A stretch of 64,000 bases of DNA from Chrysomallon squamiferum (lineage: Eukaryota > Animalia > Mollusca), in assembly GCA_012295275.1 (NCBI GenBank), contig CM022670.1, positions 7,812,001-7,876,000 of the forward strand, written 5' to 3'. The position numbers and the translations under genes are program-made. Below are positions 37,938-63,016 of the stretch, in pieces. The notes under the pieces were generated by a model. The model was not told where the DNA came from, ran no database searches, and worked only from the letters and a program-made list of their open reading frames with translations. Every line of letters begins with the position of its first letter. Position 1 is the stretch's first letter.

Positions 37938-39284
37938 TATATATAATTCTTCTGTGGTGGAAATAAATAGTGTTGAAAACTATTTTTAATGACGTTGCCG
38001 CCACCAACTCACAAACTGCATATTATGAGTCAAAGCCGAGCCCTAGCATTGTTGAATTTTGTCATTACTATTCACTATTCAAAACTTCGGGAGGTGTTTG
38101 TATATGAATCATTCAGCCACCTGAATAGAATTTATGTAGAGCGTTTGAACGACATAGAAACCTGTATGGAATATTACTGATACGACCCTTAACTTGTTTC
38201 GACCAATATACATCTTACCTAGTTTACTTTAGAATATTAGCGCTGTTATCAATACATTACAACAGCACATGTTGAAATAGGTTACATGCAATGAAAGCAA
38301 ACATACAAATATGAAATATGTTGCGAACGTAGTAATATAATACTTCACTGTTGTTGTACATACGATATGCTTCTCAACTGAACACTAACATAATGCTCTA
38401 GTTTAATGTCAAGATCAGTATTGATTATACGTATTTCTGAGCGTATTCATCTACATACAAAACTATTCAGTTAAAATATTGTTATTAAAATTCTGACACG
38501 TTCATGGCCGGGCATTGCTGTAGCAAGCATCACGGCTTTCTGTTAAAGTACAGTTGCAAATACACTGAGTTCCTTGAAGCACGTAAATAAAATTGTAATA
38601 AGCATATGGTATATTTACGTTTTAAAAAATACTGCATTTCAAAACCAAATACAGTTCCCATTTTTCTACCTCAAAAGTCTGCTAAGGCGCGGTTTTAAAA
38701 AAAAAAAAAAAAAATATGCATTGAATATTGTTCAGTGTTTGAATTATTAAAATTTTGTACCAAATGGTAAAAACTCGCACGGTTTGGCGGGCAAGCATTT
38801 GGCAGTTGCAGTTCGCGACATCTTGTGATTCAAAAAAACAACAACAAAAACAACAACTCTCCCTGCAATGGACTGAGCAGTGCAGGAAATGAGCGACGCC
38901 AGCTTTAAAATTATCGTATAAAGCTGCCGTAAACAAATCCAGATCTTTTTCACTGTTCACTTAAAAATGCTGTCCACGTCCGCGTTCAGCAGGTGTCCGC
39001 TGATCTGAGGGACGTATTTACCGAAAAACAATGCTTATGAAAAATTATGAAATTTGTTATTTGATCTGTTTGTTGATTTATTTTTATTGTTATTATTTGT
39101 GTGTTTGTTTTTGTACTTAATCCCATTTGTATATATAACATGTGTCATAAAATATTGGAAAAAGGCGAATTCTGTAAAATGCTTGTACTATTTCAATCAT
39201 CATTTATTACGGAGATACTGAAGACAATTATGCAGAAGTAGATAGCGTACACTTTAAATATAATTTATAATATTTTTTGCTGCT

Positions 39285-39319
<35 letters not shown>

Positions 39320-39660
39320 TTTTTTTTTTTTTTTTTTTTTTTTTTTAAGTGAGTAACAGAAATAAATAAATATATATTTATGATTATTCAGTCTCTATAG
39401 TCTTTCTCACTTGGCTACAATCAGAGTTGTTAGTAACTCCGACTGCAATGTTCCATTTTTCTGAAAGAAAAGAAAACGAGAGTCTTTAGCTGTTCAATAA
39501 AGATAGTAGGAATCATAACAGGGTTACATTCCGGTAAAATATTTTTTTTAAAACAACGATCTTAAAGATTTCTTTGGTCAGTTTTATTTGAACTTCTGAG
39601 ACATTCATTACCTGTGAATTTTAAAACGGTCGGTAAACAAACTCTTAACACGAATTATAC

Positions 39661-39973
39661 CTGAAATACCACGACACGTAGAGGAAATCTTGATGTCCCA
39701 CGTGACTTCCAGAGCCAGGTCAGGTTGAAAGGTGTGGGACTCGCCCTCTGTCGAGTTGAGAATGTACAACTTCAGCTGAGACAAACTTGCTTTGTCTTTC
39801 ACAAGTCTGTGAAACACTCTGCCGTGAACAGGATCGTCAGTTCGCTTGGATCCTCGGTAATGGAAAACTCCGATGAATGGAAAGTCCTGAAAAGTGTCAC
39901 CATGGCCGTTCTTGTAGTGGATCTCTTGGTACCGGACGTTGGAGTCAAAACTCAGTAAGCCGTCTGCTGATAT
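39661..39973 (-). pseudogene. Orphan, 3'-truncated duplicate of the copy B NIDO exon 3
   Basis: Near-identical to 34870-35170 from the acceptor (ISADGLL) to EVTW, then unrelated sequence. No matching exon 1, 2 or 4 was seen next to it. Confidence 0.85.
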
Positions 39974-40402
39974 CTGAAATTTTAACGTGTTTTAAGCCAT
40001 CTGTAATAATATTAACACACACACACACACACACACATATTACCCCTTATAACTTGTCTGGATTTGGTCCTGTATGTATTTATTATTTTTAAACAGCACG
40101 TAAATGCAGTTAGAATAGCTGCAATGATGCTACGTTTTTAAACAGTTGTTCGTAGCCGTGTTAAACAGTGCATATAACTGATCACTCAGCCATACGATAA
40201 CAACATACAAACCTCGGAGACAAAATAAACTGATGTTCAACAAGTTAATTTTATAATATAAAATATTTAGTATGAAATAGTTAAAGCATAATGATCAGTT
40301 CTTAGACCTTACAGAGAAAGAGCCAGGAAATAAACACCATGTAAACACAAATACACGTAAACAAATAAGTTCATGTATTTACACGTACGTACAACACACA
40401 AG

Positions 40403-40445
<43 letters not shown>

Positions 40446-41925
40446 TCTTTATCAAGATATTTTTAAACGTCAGTCAACGAAGTGAATCCGTGGTATGACA
40501 AGAAATCTTTTTCAGTTCAGTTACTTCGTTTTCGCTTGCATGGTCCACGTTGCTAGCCTAATTGATCTAGGTCACAGTTGTTGCATGGTGCAGCTACGTC
40601 GTCGTTAACGGCAAGAGAAAATTAAGTTAAATAATGGTGTAAGATAAATTTATTATATTATTATCCTTATAATTATCATCATCATCATCAATTTTGATAA
40701 ATATTTCACGAAACTGAACAAACACCGGAGATTTATTCCTTTAATATTCACGTTACATAAATTATTTTAGTTTTCACTCTGGCATTTAGATAATTATATT
40801 GTTTTAATATACAAGTTTAAATGATAATCTCCACTAGGAAATCATTTTAATCATGTATTATTTTTATAATCATCCTGAATGGAACCCACGAGTTAAAAAA
40901 ATAAATAAATAAATAAATAAAGTTTAACGAAGATTTTCAGTTAAGGCAGGCTGTTAATCGTTTATTCTTCTGACGAAAAATGCTACATTTGTTGATTATT
41001 TTATAATAAGATTATTAATTCCCAAATTTCAAAGACACAGATAAACCAGACATTAAGTCTAAAGCAAATTTCTGTGGACATATATTGAACATCCATTAAA
41101 ATGGCAGAAATAACGATAACAATTCCCAACAGAAACATTAGCATTCTGCTATCCAGAGATTGCAAATTGCAGACCGAAACGTTTGATCTTTCAAAGCAAT
41201 ATGTCATATCTATCTGGGTTGTTGTTGTTTTGTTGTTTTTTTCGTTTTTATACAACATAATTGCACAACAAATGAATAAAACGCCGCACACATCCAAGGG
41301 AAGTGACTAATTTGTTACTGGGGAAGGATGGTACGGGTAGGCAACATGTTATGTACACTCCGTTTGACTTAAAACCATGTTATTTAAAATGCAGTGTGCT
41401 AATGATTAAACTTTATTTATAAGCAATAGAAGATTATCTTTCTGTGTGTGTGTGTCTGTATATGAGTATGTGTGTGTGTGTGTCAGAAATATAGCTTATA
41501 CATACAGACATACACACACACACATACATACACATACACATACATACACACATACATACATACATACATACATACATACATACATACATACATACATACA
41601 TACATACATACATACACACATACATACATACATACATACATGAAGCATACAAAATGTAAATCCTACAAATACATACATTAAAGAAGTAACTATAAACAAT
41701 ATATATATACTTCTTTAATGTTTAATTGCTGGTTATTTTGATGTTTCTCGAAATCAGAATGCATGAATCTACTATTCTTCAGAGCGGCGAGTTGAGAAAT
41801 AAAGTAGTTAACTTATTTAGTTGTTGTACAATGTAGGATTGCAAGATAAAGAAACAACTGGTTACTGTCTTAACATATCAGATTTATCCGTCCAAGGTTA
41901 GAATACCCAGGTGTATGGAGTAACA

Positions 41926-42240
<315 letters not shown>

Positions 42241-42470
42241 GAGATAAATGAGAGAGAGAGAGGGAAAGAGAGAGAGAGGGACAGAGAGAGGTATTAAAAT
42301 AAATAACAAAAAAGACACAAAACAGTTTATTACAGACATGTAAAATATATTTCAAATTTCATCATTAGCACATCAACAAAGGAATTAATTAACAATACAA
42401 AATTGTGATTTTATGTTGCATTAATTTCGAAAAGCTGAATTAACGACATTCGTTCGTTTATTTTTTATTA

Positions 42471-42533
<63 letters not shown>

Positions 42534-43213
42534 TATTATTACTATCAGTATTTTTATCTAACATATTGGTTTAAATTGAGATGTATAAAAACAATGTTTC
42601 AGTACTTGTGAAGACGTAAACGAATAGCGAGTATTACTTCACAGCATTTATTTAACGAACAAACGAAATGATATTTGATTATCAACATTAATGCATTATA
42701 CACTACTCTGTTACATACACTTTTCTTTTCTGCACTTGTTCTTAATGTTTAAAAGTTCATAACAAAGAAAACATCTAAAAGATCGACAGCAGTTAAATAC
42801 AGAGCTCCTCTCTGAGTCTATGATTACAAAATCAGCGATTATTAAATAAACATTCGTATAATTATCCATGCCGCAGTAACGATGAGTTGATATTAATGCT
42901 GAAGTAGTGATAATATGATGTTTGCACACAACGTACTAATACAGTAATGCAATGGTACAATGCGTTGATGTGGTGATGATAAAACAAAAAAGTCATCTGA
43001 TAAAGCTGAAGGCATAAAGTGTGTCTTTAGTGATATGAAGTTATAGTCTATAAGTTGTAGCCATGTTCCGTTTTATTTGCTTTTATTTTACGTTCATGTA
43101 TAACCAAAATTAATAATAATAATTAAAAAATATATATATATATTAATAAAAACTATCAGAACTCCGCCATTTTATTTTTGAAAAAAAATATGATTATTTA
43201 TTTGTTTGTTTGT

Positions 43214-43244
<31 letters not shown>

Positions 43245-43841
43245 TTTTATTTTATTTTATTTTTTTTTTATTTTTTTTTTATTTTATTTTTTATTTAATT
43301 TTATTTATTTTTATATTTACTTTTTATATATATTTTTTATGGAAAACCCAACCTTTTTATTTTTATAATATAATTTATTTTGCCAATAGGAAAACCGATA
43401 ATTTTGAAGGAAACAAATAGACTATATATATATATATATATTAAATTTACAACATATATTATTCTATCTACATTACTGTTGTACTAATTAGCAAACATTT
43501 GTGTTTAGAAAAAAAAAAATCGAATGAAACAGTACCGATCAAGGAATATGAGATACGTTTTCACATATAGTTCATAACAAAAAGATACACTTTAAAACAT
43601 CATATAAAATTTCAGAAAACATACCAAAATTAATTGTTCTATTTTAACTAAAATATGTTATACTATCTAATAGCTAGCAACATTATATATCAGCTAATAT
43701 CTAAACTATAATAACAGCTGAAAAAACTCAAAATGGTGTATGAATCGAATACGTTTCATCTCAGTGACTCAGTCTGAAATGTAACTGTAAATGACAAAAT
43801 AATGGCTCAGCCTGATTAGTGAATGTCTACAAACAGAAATA

Positions 43842-54312
<10,471 letters not shown>

Positions 54313-54558
54313 GTTGGCGCTTTTTCGCAAGCCGGGTCAAAGCTGATAACGTATCACGGTAACCCGGGTACAAATGACGAGTACACAGGACACGTTTTTA
54401 TGCGTAACAGTCTGTGGGGGTGGAGATCATCTTAAGATGTTTGAGGTTTTTGAATGTGGCTAACAAAGGGGGTCAGGTCAAACCAACGTGAAAATCAGAT
54501 GAACAGACTTATTATCTATTATCGTTAGTTGGATATCAAATATATACATATATATTTT

Positions 54559-54597
<39 letters not shown>

Positions 54598-54964
54598 TTT
54601 TTTTTTTTTTTTTTTTTTTTAGAAACTGGTTAGAATGGGATATATTCATATTGGTGAAATGTAAAGATTTGAACCTTCGACATGTTATATCTTACACCAG
54701 CGTTCTAACTGACTGGCTGCAACCAATACTAATTTGAGAGAATACATTTTAAATTATCGAGAATTCATTTTAAATAAACGAAGAAATTATTTAAAGAGAG
54801 CGATCAAGTTATATAATTATTCATTACGTGTGTGTGTGTGTTTACCAGTAACAATAATGCTCAGTCCGTTCAAGCCAAACACAAACATCACTGTTCATGG
54901 CCTTGATAAATCGTCTGTTATCTTTGTTCGCGTTATCTGCCGCAGGTGAGTTAAAAATAAACTC

Positions 54965-55216
54965 TTTTTCATTACACAGAATGTTATTGTCAGACTCCTT
55001 TATTTCGTAACGGGAACGAACGACTTTGGCAACAGCATCGTCAGCAACTTAGATCAACCTCTTGAGATAGATCTGGGCTTCGAAGTGCCATTCTTTGGTC
55101 GACGTTACAGCAAAGTTTATGCAAATAGTTTTTAATGAGATAGTTTACCACTACTGTTACAAGTGTTACGATTACTACTACCACTACACCAGCCATACCT
55201 GCTCCTCGGTCTAAAA
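54965..55216 (+). pseudogene. Inverted duplicate of copy A exon 2 with flanking intron sequence
   Basis: Reverse complement of about 52669-52918. The exon part is 141 nt versus 137 nt (frameshift), and the donor GTAAAT has changed to GCAAAT. Confidence 0.9.
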
Positions 55217-55784
55217 TAAACCAGTCAATTAAGAGGCTGTGTCAGTGAGATTACGCATTGTTTAATGTCACTTATCGCTTAGACCGTGTGAATAGTAAGC
55301 TCACGAATCATAATGGTACAAGCTGACCAGCTTTTACAAACAAGAGAAAATAATTATAAGCTGGAGAATAATTATAATGTCTTCTGGTGTGTAAAATTCA
55401 ATTTTAGATAAGAATCATCAGGTTTTATATAGATGGTTTATAAAAAAAAAAAAAAAAATAAAATAAAATAAAATAAAATATAGTGATTCTTAGCCACATA
55501 AGAAACAGTGCGAACTGCACACTTTCTAATCTACGGTTTAAACAGAAAGTGTAATAAAAGTTTCCTTTTACGACTTTCTTACTCTTCCAGCTGTGCCTAA
55601 TTAACTCTGAGTGCAAAATAAAAACGAACAAAAGAAAAAAACATGCTGATATGTGCAAGCTTTAGCATTCTCATTATCTTTTCGGCGACATATATTTCTA
55701 GTTACCCCAGTAAGACGTGATTTTGTTGTTGCTGTTTTTTATTGTTCTTGTTCTTCGTTTTCTACTTAGTATATACAAGCATTG

Positions 55785-55845
55785 AGGAGAACTGATCCTA
55801 CAATTTAATCACACCTCGTTTCCACGCTCTAACCACTAGGCTGCG
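55785..55845 (-). mobile_element. Possible tRNA-derived SINE head fragment
   Basis: Minus-strand GCCTAGTGGTTAGAGCG resembles an A-box; the B-box (GGATCAGTTCCTC) is only degenerate. Confidence 0.3.
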
Positions 55846-55983
55846 GTCCCTGAAATGGAGAAATGGAAACCGTAACAGTGACATTCTTAAAATAACTTTA
55901 AAATTCCACGCCGTCTTTCAAGGACAATTTGAAACGAAGAATAAACTACACCAGAGACAACAACAACTATTATTATTATTATT

Positions 55984-56024
<41 letters not shown>

Positions 56025-57468
56025 CGTTGTTGTTTTTGTTGTTATCGTTGTTACTATTCTTATTGTTGCGTTACTGCTATGATTATTATTATTATTATTA
56101 TCATCATCATTATTCTTATCAATATTATTATTATTTTTGCCGTTGCTGTTGTTATTATTAGGTCATATGAGCGAAGGATTTCAATACAAAGTGTAGCTAC
56201 ATCTGTCTTAATTTACTGCGTTGAAACACGTTTGTCCGCTGATAATGGATAGATAGTACAACGTGTTTGAGAAAAGGTTTTTGTTGTAAGTGGAGAAGAA
56301 GACGAGAGAGAGTAGACGTATTTAGACTGAATGTGCCTGTGAGGAAAGAAGATGTTTCGATAAGGTAAATATTGTTTAATACTAAACTGTATTACTGGAT
56401 ATTTAAAGGCTATACGTGTATGCATGTTTGTTTGTTGTTGTTGTTGTTTTTTTGTTTTTTTTTATTATTACTGTTTGCTTGTTTTTTATTTTATTTTCCT
56501 CTTTTTATCTTGAGGTGACTGAGTGACTGACCTACTTGACTGATAGATATACAAATAAATAGATAAAAGTAATATATACCTATTTTGTTACGTAGTTACC
56601 GTTAATGCATATAATAACAAACAATAATAATAATAATAATAATAATAACATCATTCGAGTTTTCATTCCTCTGTTGTCACTTTTTTTTCAAATATCCTCA
56701 CAGGTCATGTTTTGCAGTGAGATTCAGGACGCGGTTTCAGATTACACTGGGTCCTTTGAAATCAACCAGTAGCACGTGAATTCAACAAAAGACTCTCTCG
56801 TTGGGTGTGTTTACTCTGAATAACTGCAGTTGCTTCAGCCGACACTAATAGCCATGGATTTACAAACACGGTTTTAAAGAGAGTATTGCGTTTTTCCTGT
56901 CAGTGTACGTATTTCGTAATATCGGTAGTAGTAGTAGTAGTAGTAGTATTGTAGCAGTAGTGGTGATGATTTGTATATAGTTATAGTAGCAGTACGCTCT
57001 CTCTCTCTCTCTCTCTCTCGTTAGCATTTCTTATGTACATAGTAAGGGAGAAAACAGCATGCATATATATATAAGCTTACCTACTACGGTCTATTCTAAA
57101 TGGGCGGTTTTTCAGTTAATAATACTGCATTCAGACGATATTATCAGATTTCTTTACTGCTGATGAAAACAGTATTACATCTGAATATTATTAAATTCAA
57201 ATAAAGTTATTTATTTAATCTCTAGAGCCTCGTATCCAATCATCTTATGGTACAGTAGGGATTAAATAACGCTCGTACGTGACTTTCATAACTTACGTTC
57301 TAGTTACAGTGACCCAGCATTTTTGTGTGACGTATGTTTAACTAAGCCTGTTTGTGTTTTGTTTACTTGCTGCTTTAATGTATGGTTCAAACGTAATGTG
57401 TTAACACAAAAAACCGGTTTTGTTATAAATATTTAATTTTTTAATAATTCAAAACTTACTTTACTATT

Positions 57469-57557
<89 letters not shown>

Positions 57558-57736
57558 TTCAATACTGTATGGCATAGCTTTTATTTTATTTTCTGAAACT
57601 GAAACCATTTCTATAATCCACAGCTTATGCTATTTTCCTTAATGAATCATCGAATTAAAGAAATATAACCTCGATTATTCAATAGTTATTCTTTTGTATG
57701 TCAGAATATTATGTCTGACATCTTTTTATTTATTTA

Positions 57737-57768
<32 letters not shown>

Positions 57769-58179
57769 CTAATTATTTACTTTCGAATTACAGTTCAGAA
57801 AAGTATTTCAAAAATGAGAAAAATAAATTAGAACATTTTTTTTGTTTGGTGTTTAAAAAATAAATATTACATAAAGCATTCGTTACTGTATATTTAGAGA
57901 CAGAGCCAGATGGATATAGAAACAGACTGATACACAGATAAAGGAGAAAGATTTCAAACTATTACAGAGATAATATTTGTTTCAGATGGTATCAGTAAAA
58001 TCAAAACTTGGAGAAATTTCTCTAAGATGGTGACTAGTAACAGATGTCTGTGTGTGATGTGCAAGCTTCTCCGTACAGACAAGTCTCACCTGACACAGAC
58101 ACGTGCTGAGTGTTTTCTTTGGTCAAAAGTCTTGAGATAAAAAAACAGACAGAACTTGTTGAACCCAAGTGCTCACACC

Positions 58180-61100
58180 ATGCGTCGGAAAAGTAAGAAT
58201 ATTAGATTTATTAATTTTTGTATTTATTTCTTTTAATTTTTTTTTTTTTATATACTTATTTATTTATCTCAGAAAAGCACCACCTAGAGTCATCGAGAAA
58301 CCCTCGGGTTTTTAATCTTTATTTTTTATATATATATATATATATTTTTATATATATGTTATTTTAATTATTTTATATTTAAATAATTAGAAGAATTTCC
58401 TTTATCAAGCTGCAGCAGTTAATAAATATTGGAATGACGCTATCTTTTGAACGCCATTACTGTTGGTTCAGCTGAATGACAGTACACTTTGGGATCAGGT
58501 CAGCCGAGCTTTACAAGCGGTTGTCCTAATTACCGTTTCAAACATAACAAAATGTTATTCCAAAATATAGTAAACAGAATTGCTATGTTTATAAATGTTA
58601 AGAACCTAATTCATTTATTTCTGAGAAAATCAGATAGGAGCAGAAAAACTAAATGGTTTAGTATTAATAACATGATAGTCTCAGTTAGTTGTATTAACTG
58701 TCTGTTTTTGTTTCTAAATTTATAGGAAAGTATCAAATCATGAAACTGAAAACATGAAATAAGAATGTCAGATTTTGAATATACCTGTATACTTGATCAC
58801 ATTAAAATGTATATGTAAATGCACAAACTTGGCGGCCATCTTGAAAAATGACTGTTTTTTTAGGAATTTCAATATTTCATGGATTTAAAGAATCACTAAA
58901 AACAAATGGTACCAAGTGTTTTTATTTTTATGGCTATTGATAAAAAAGGAACCAAGTGTTTTTATTTTTACGGCTGTTGATAAAAACTGTGTTAAAAAGG
59001 TCACTGCAATGACGCTGTGGTTAAGTCACCAATGGTGGACGACAGTTTGACCATTCTGTTAGTCAAACTTGCCACAAAAATCCTTTTAGTACCAGACCCT
59101 ATGATATAATATAAAATGTTTTATGATGCCTAATAAGCATTTCTATGCTAATGTCAATATATTTTATATCAATATTACAATTTATTGATTACGTATTTTG
59201 TCTGTCACTCGACTCAAGTATAAATAAAACTTTTTTTTTTTCTGTTGATGAATTATTTCAAATAATAACGACGTTATAGACATACATATTCTTTTTGATT
59301 TCACAAATGTTTTATTTTAGTTGAGTATGTTGGTATTACAGCTATGAAGACGATATGGATTGTTCTTATTGTTAGCACGGTTTTGTTGTTTTTGCTACAA
59401 AACTGGCTCTGCACGTCTAAAAGAAAATCTCATCTTGAAAAGGAAAAACTGGAACTCAAACATTCTGATGTATCAAGTTCTGTTAACTACGAAGACAGTA
59501 ACCCAAGGTATGTATTATGTCACCTCCACTTTTATAAAATTATTTTTTATTTTTTTATTTTTTTATTTTTTATTTTTATTTTATTTTATTTTATTTTCTA
59601 TTGTTGCTGTGGTTCTTATAATTTAATTTACACCCAATAAAAATTTAATTCTTCAAGATTTTTGTAGCTATATTTGTTAAAGGAAACTGCGATCATTTAT
59701 TCAGGGATCTTGAGTTAAAGTTTTCTTTGCTTACTAAATTTTTGTTAGAAAAATGTTCTGTATGAAGCTGCTAAACGAAATAAACATTGGAACGGCTATT
59801 GTCGTTCTTGTTGTTTCAAAATCAGTTTTAATTTTGAATTTCAGGAAGTCTTTAACTGATCGCTGGATTGTTGTGTGGGTGCCACCAAACTCGGGTGTGT
59901 GTGACGTTTCTCACTTCACACGAAGTTCCAGGATGGAGGACGGTGGTAGTTGGAGGAAGTGAACGCCCGACTGGCTGCGGGTAAATCTAAATTTTCTCTT
60001 TTCATTACAGTCTTTAAGTTGACAAATTCTTTCAAACCTCAGTTCAACATGCAGTTCAAAAAAAAAAATATAAATTAGCGTAATTCAAGGATATCTGTAT
60101 TAACTGACTGCCTGAGGTCTGATGGTCATAACAGCGGGATTATTCAGAAATACAGCGTTTTCAGCATTTAAATATAAATTAAGAAGTGTTAAATACTGAA
60201 ACAATTTGTGTTAATATTTAAAGTAAAGATTTAATGACTGTAGATCATTTTTTTTTTTTAAATTATTATAATTAGTATTACTAGTACTAGTTGTAGTAGT
60301 AGCAGAAACAGCAGCAGCAACAGAAGTAGTAGTTCTAGTTCTGTTATTATTTATTTATAGTATTTCATTTAATTTTTCTATCTTCTAGGTTTTCTGAGTG
60401 CACATTTTTAACCCATGAAATGCAGGAAGAATTGGGTTTTTCGGTGACACACATAATCCCGCGTTATTCGGAAAGCAGAAAAATGATTGGTTATCTGTAT
60501 GCCATTTCCAAAGGAGCGAAGTTCATATTGGACACGGAATGCAATATTATTCCCAGTTTCAGTAAATTAGATTTCATATTTTCTACCAACTCTACCGGAC
60601 TTCTCTTCACTGGCAGTCGGCTATTCAACCCATTCCGCCATTTTGGTTATCCCATGTTATTTCCTCGTGGATTTCCGACCAGTAAGTGGAAAGCCGAAGA
60701 TAAATATCGTATTGTTGACATTCCCACACCTCTTATTCAACAGTCACAGATAAACTTCATCATTCACAAAAACAGTAGCTCATCACTCTCATTATCAGCA
60801 GTGAAAAATATTTCTTTCGACAGATCAGCTCCGCCCGTTTTTCTATCACGTGATCACTTTGCTCCAATCAACTCTCTCAGTACTTTGTTTTTATACGAAG
60901 CTCTTTGGCTTCTTGTTCTTCCGACTAAATGCGAGCATGCGCAGTGTGATACAGTTCGTGGATACTGGGCACAACGTCTTGTTCAGGAATCGGGTGGAAC
61001 TACAGGTTTCTTGTCTTCTACAGCACACTCCATAGGCAATTTTACAAAAAGAAAATCATTAGTATTAAAAGCAGAGTCAGTTGACACGACAACAGAGAAG

Positions 61101-62338
61101 CTTGTAGAGCTACTAAGTAACTGGAACTGTTCATTACATTTGTCATTGTTTAAATGTGCTCGGGTTTTGTACAACAAACTAGCGGTTGAAAGATTCATAA
61201 ATAAAAACGACGTTAAAATTTATGACTCGTGGATAAATGATTTGAAGATGTTGGGATATTCAGAACCGTATCGAAAACGGTTCTCACCTCATAAACTTCG
61301 ATCATATTGGAATCCACTCGTAATATATTCACCTCCGAAATCTTTAGCATCAAATATACACCTTGGCGACAAAGAGTCGAAAACATCTGCTCTGACGTCG
61401 TATATTTATAAACCGATGGAAAAGCTTTGTCCACATCACAGAACTTCAATAAGTCAGTGGTTATCTCCCATCATCAAAGACATATTATTACTGGTCATTT
61501 TCAATTACGATTTTTTGTACGAAAATATTCCTTACATCGAGTTCATTCACAGGCCGTATTTCAGACATATTTTGTACTGCGGGCCAAAGCTGGCCTCTTT
61601 CGAAGCGATTCTGAAAGAATTTAAAATAGAACACATTATATTTGTGGAAGGTTTGGACGTCGATCAGTGGTTTTACTTGTACACGTGCATGATTCACGCA
61701 GCTAGTATGAATATCAATGTCAAAGGCTTCCTGCACATCGGTGACGACATTCTCCTCAACACGTGGAACATTGTTGATTTACCACGTGATCAAATATGGA
61801 TGCAACATCCGTTCACAAAAGTCGGACGGGGTGAAGAGAAACACAGATTCTGGTATTACTGGAACAAACCGCAGGGAAGAATCGCCGTCAATCGCGCGCT
61901 GGACGAAATCACACAGATTTCAAAAACAACCCTGACGACAAGATAATAAAGAAATTTCTAGAAGTGTACAAACACAATATTGGAATGGAAAAAGTTATTC
62001 ATAGATCAGTGGACATATTTTATCTTCCAGCGCGATTTGGCAAAGATTTTGTTCATCTGGCGAAAATATTCAGAAAAAACAACGTCTTGTTAGCCCTAAC
62101 GGTCACCTGCATCCACGCCGGATTGGACAGTCTTGATCACGTGGTAAATCTACGAGGGAAGAGTCTGTGGCGGGAAGCTAGAAAGTCGGTTTGGAAATAT
62201 TTTGACACTTCTCATCATTATTTACATCCTTTCAAAGCCGGCAAAGATCTCCAGGATCCGTCTGGGCAAAGATTTTTCTGTGATAAATATTTAAAAACTT
62301 CTGAAATATTTCAAAATAAAATGCATGTCAAAGAGTAA
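58180..62338 (+). CDS. STELLO-like (DUF288) putative glycosyltransferase, type II membrane protein, about 760 aa if two frameshifts are corrected
   Basis: Exons 58180-58192 (caccATG, MRRK), 59321-59507 (TM: IWIVLIVSTVLLFLL), 59845-59980 (DRWIVV...PGWRTVVVG) and 60389-62338. Motifs resembling plant STELLO1/2: SRKMIGYLYAISKGAKFI, FNPFRHFG..MLFPRGFP, FDRSAPPV, NSLSTLFLYEALW, DTVRGYWAQRL, SWINDLKMLGY, GFLHIGDDILLNTWN. The frame breaks in the third exon and near 61925. Confidence 0.85.
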
Positions 62339-62944
62339 ATTATGATCTCTGTACCTCGTTCATTATTTATTAAATAACTGTGTGATTGTAGTAAGCATTG
62401 TGACGTGTATGGTTTATGACAGAAGTGGCGTACACACATTGAAACCAATTTATCACCAGATTAATCTAAATTAATTTTAATTATTAACTTCAAAATGTTC
62501 CGAATTTAGATAACAGTTTTCAGACAGTTTTAAACCAAATCATCATCATCATCATCATTACTGCTACTACAACTACAACTATTACTACTCTACTCTACTA
62601 CTAATTGTAATATTCCTACTGTTGTTGCAGTTGTTTTTAATTTTAATGTAAGATGTATAATGCACTATAATCATCTGTGACAGAGTATGGAGACATTTTC
62701 ATACATTATTTAATAGTTTTGATAAAACTGGCGGCATGGTCAAGTTAAACAGCAATTAGTCCAAATAATAAACATGTTTCAGGTTTTTTTAAAATGAATT
62801 AAATGTATTTCCTTGTAAAACTTTTCTAACAAAGTCATAGTTTCATTATAGTGATGATCCAAACTTCTTTTTGGATACTTCACTAGATGGGAAACTCCAA
62901 GTCGATTAAAAACGTGCGCTTTAGTTTATTTGTTGCTCATAAAG

Positions 62945-63016
<72 letters not shown>

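Noticed and set aside
54946-54979. Plus-strand GTGAGT donor just before the inverted exon acceptor as evidence of a plus-strand gene
   Set aside because: The implied intron of about 34 nt is too short, and the exon copy is frameshifted with a mutated donor.
61964-62338. 124-aa ORF as a separate gene
   Set aside because: It is the frameshifted C-terminus of the STELLO-like protein.
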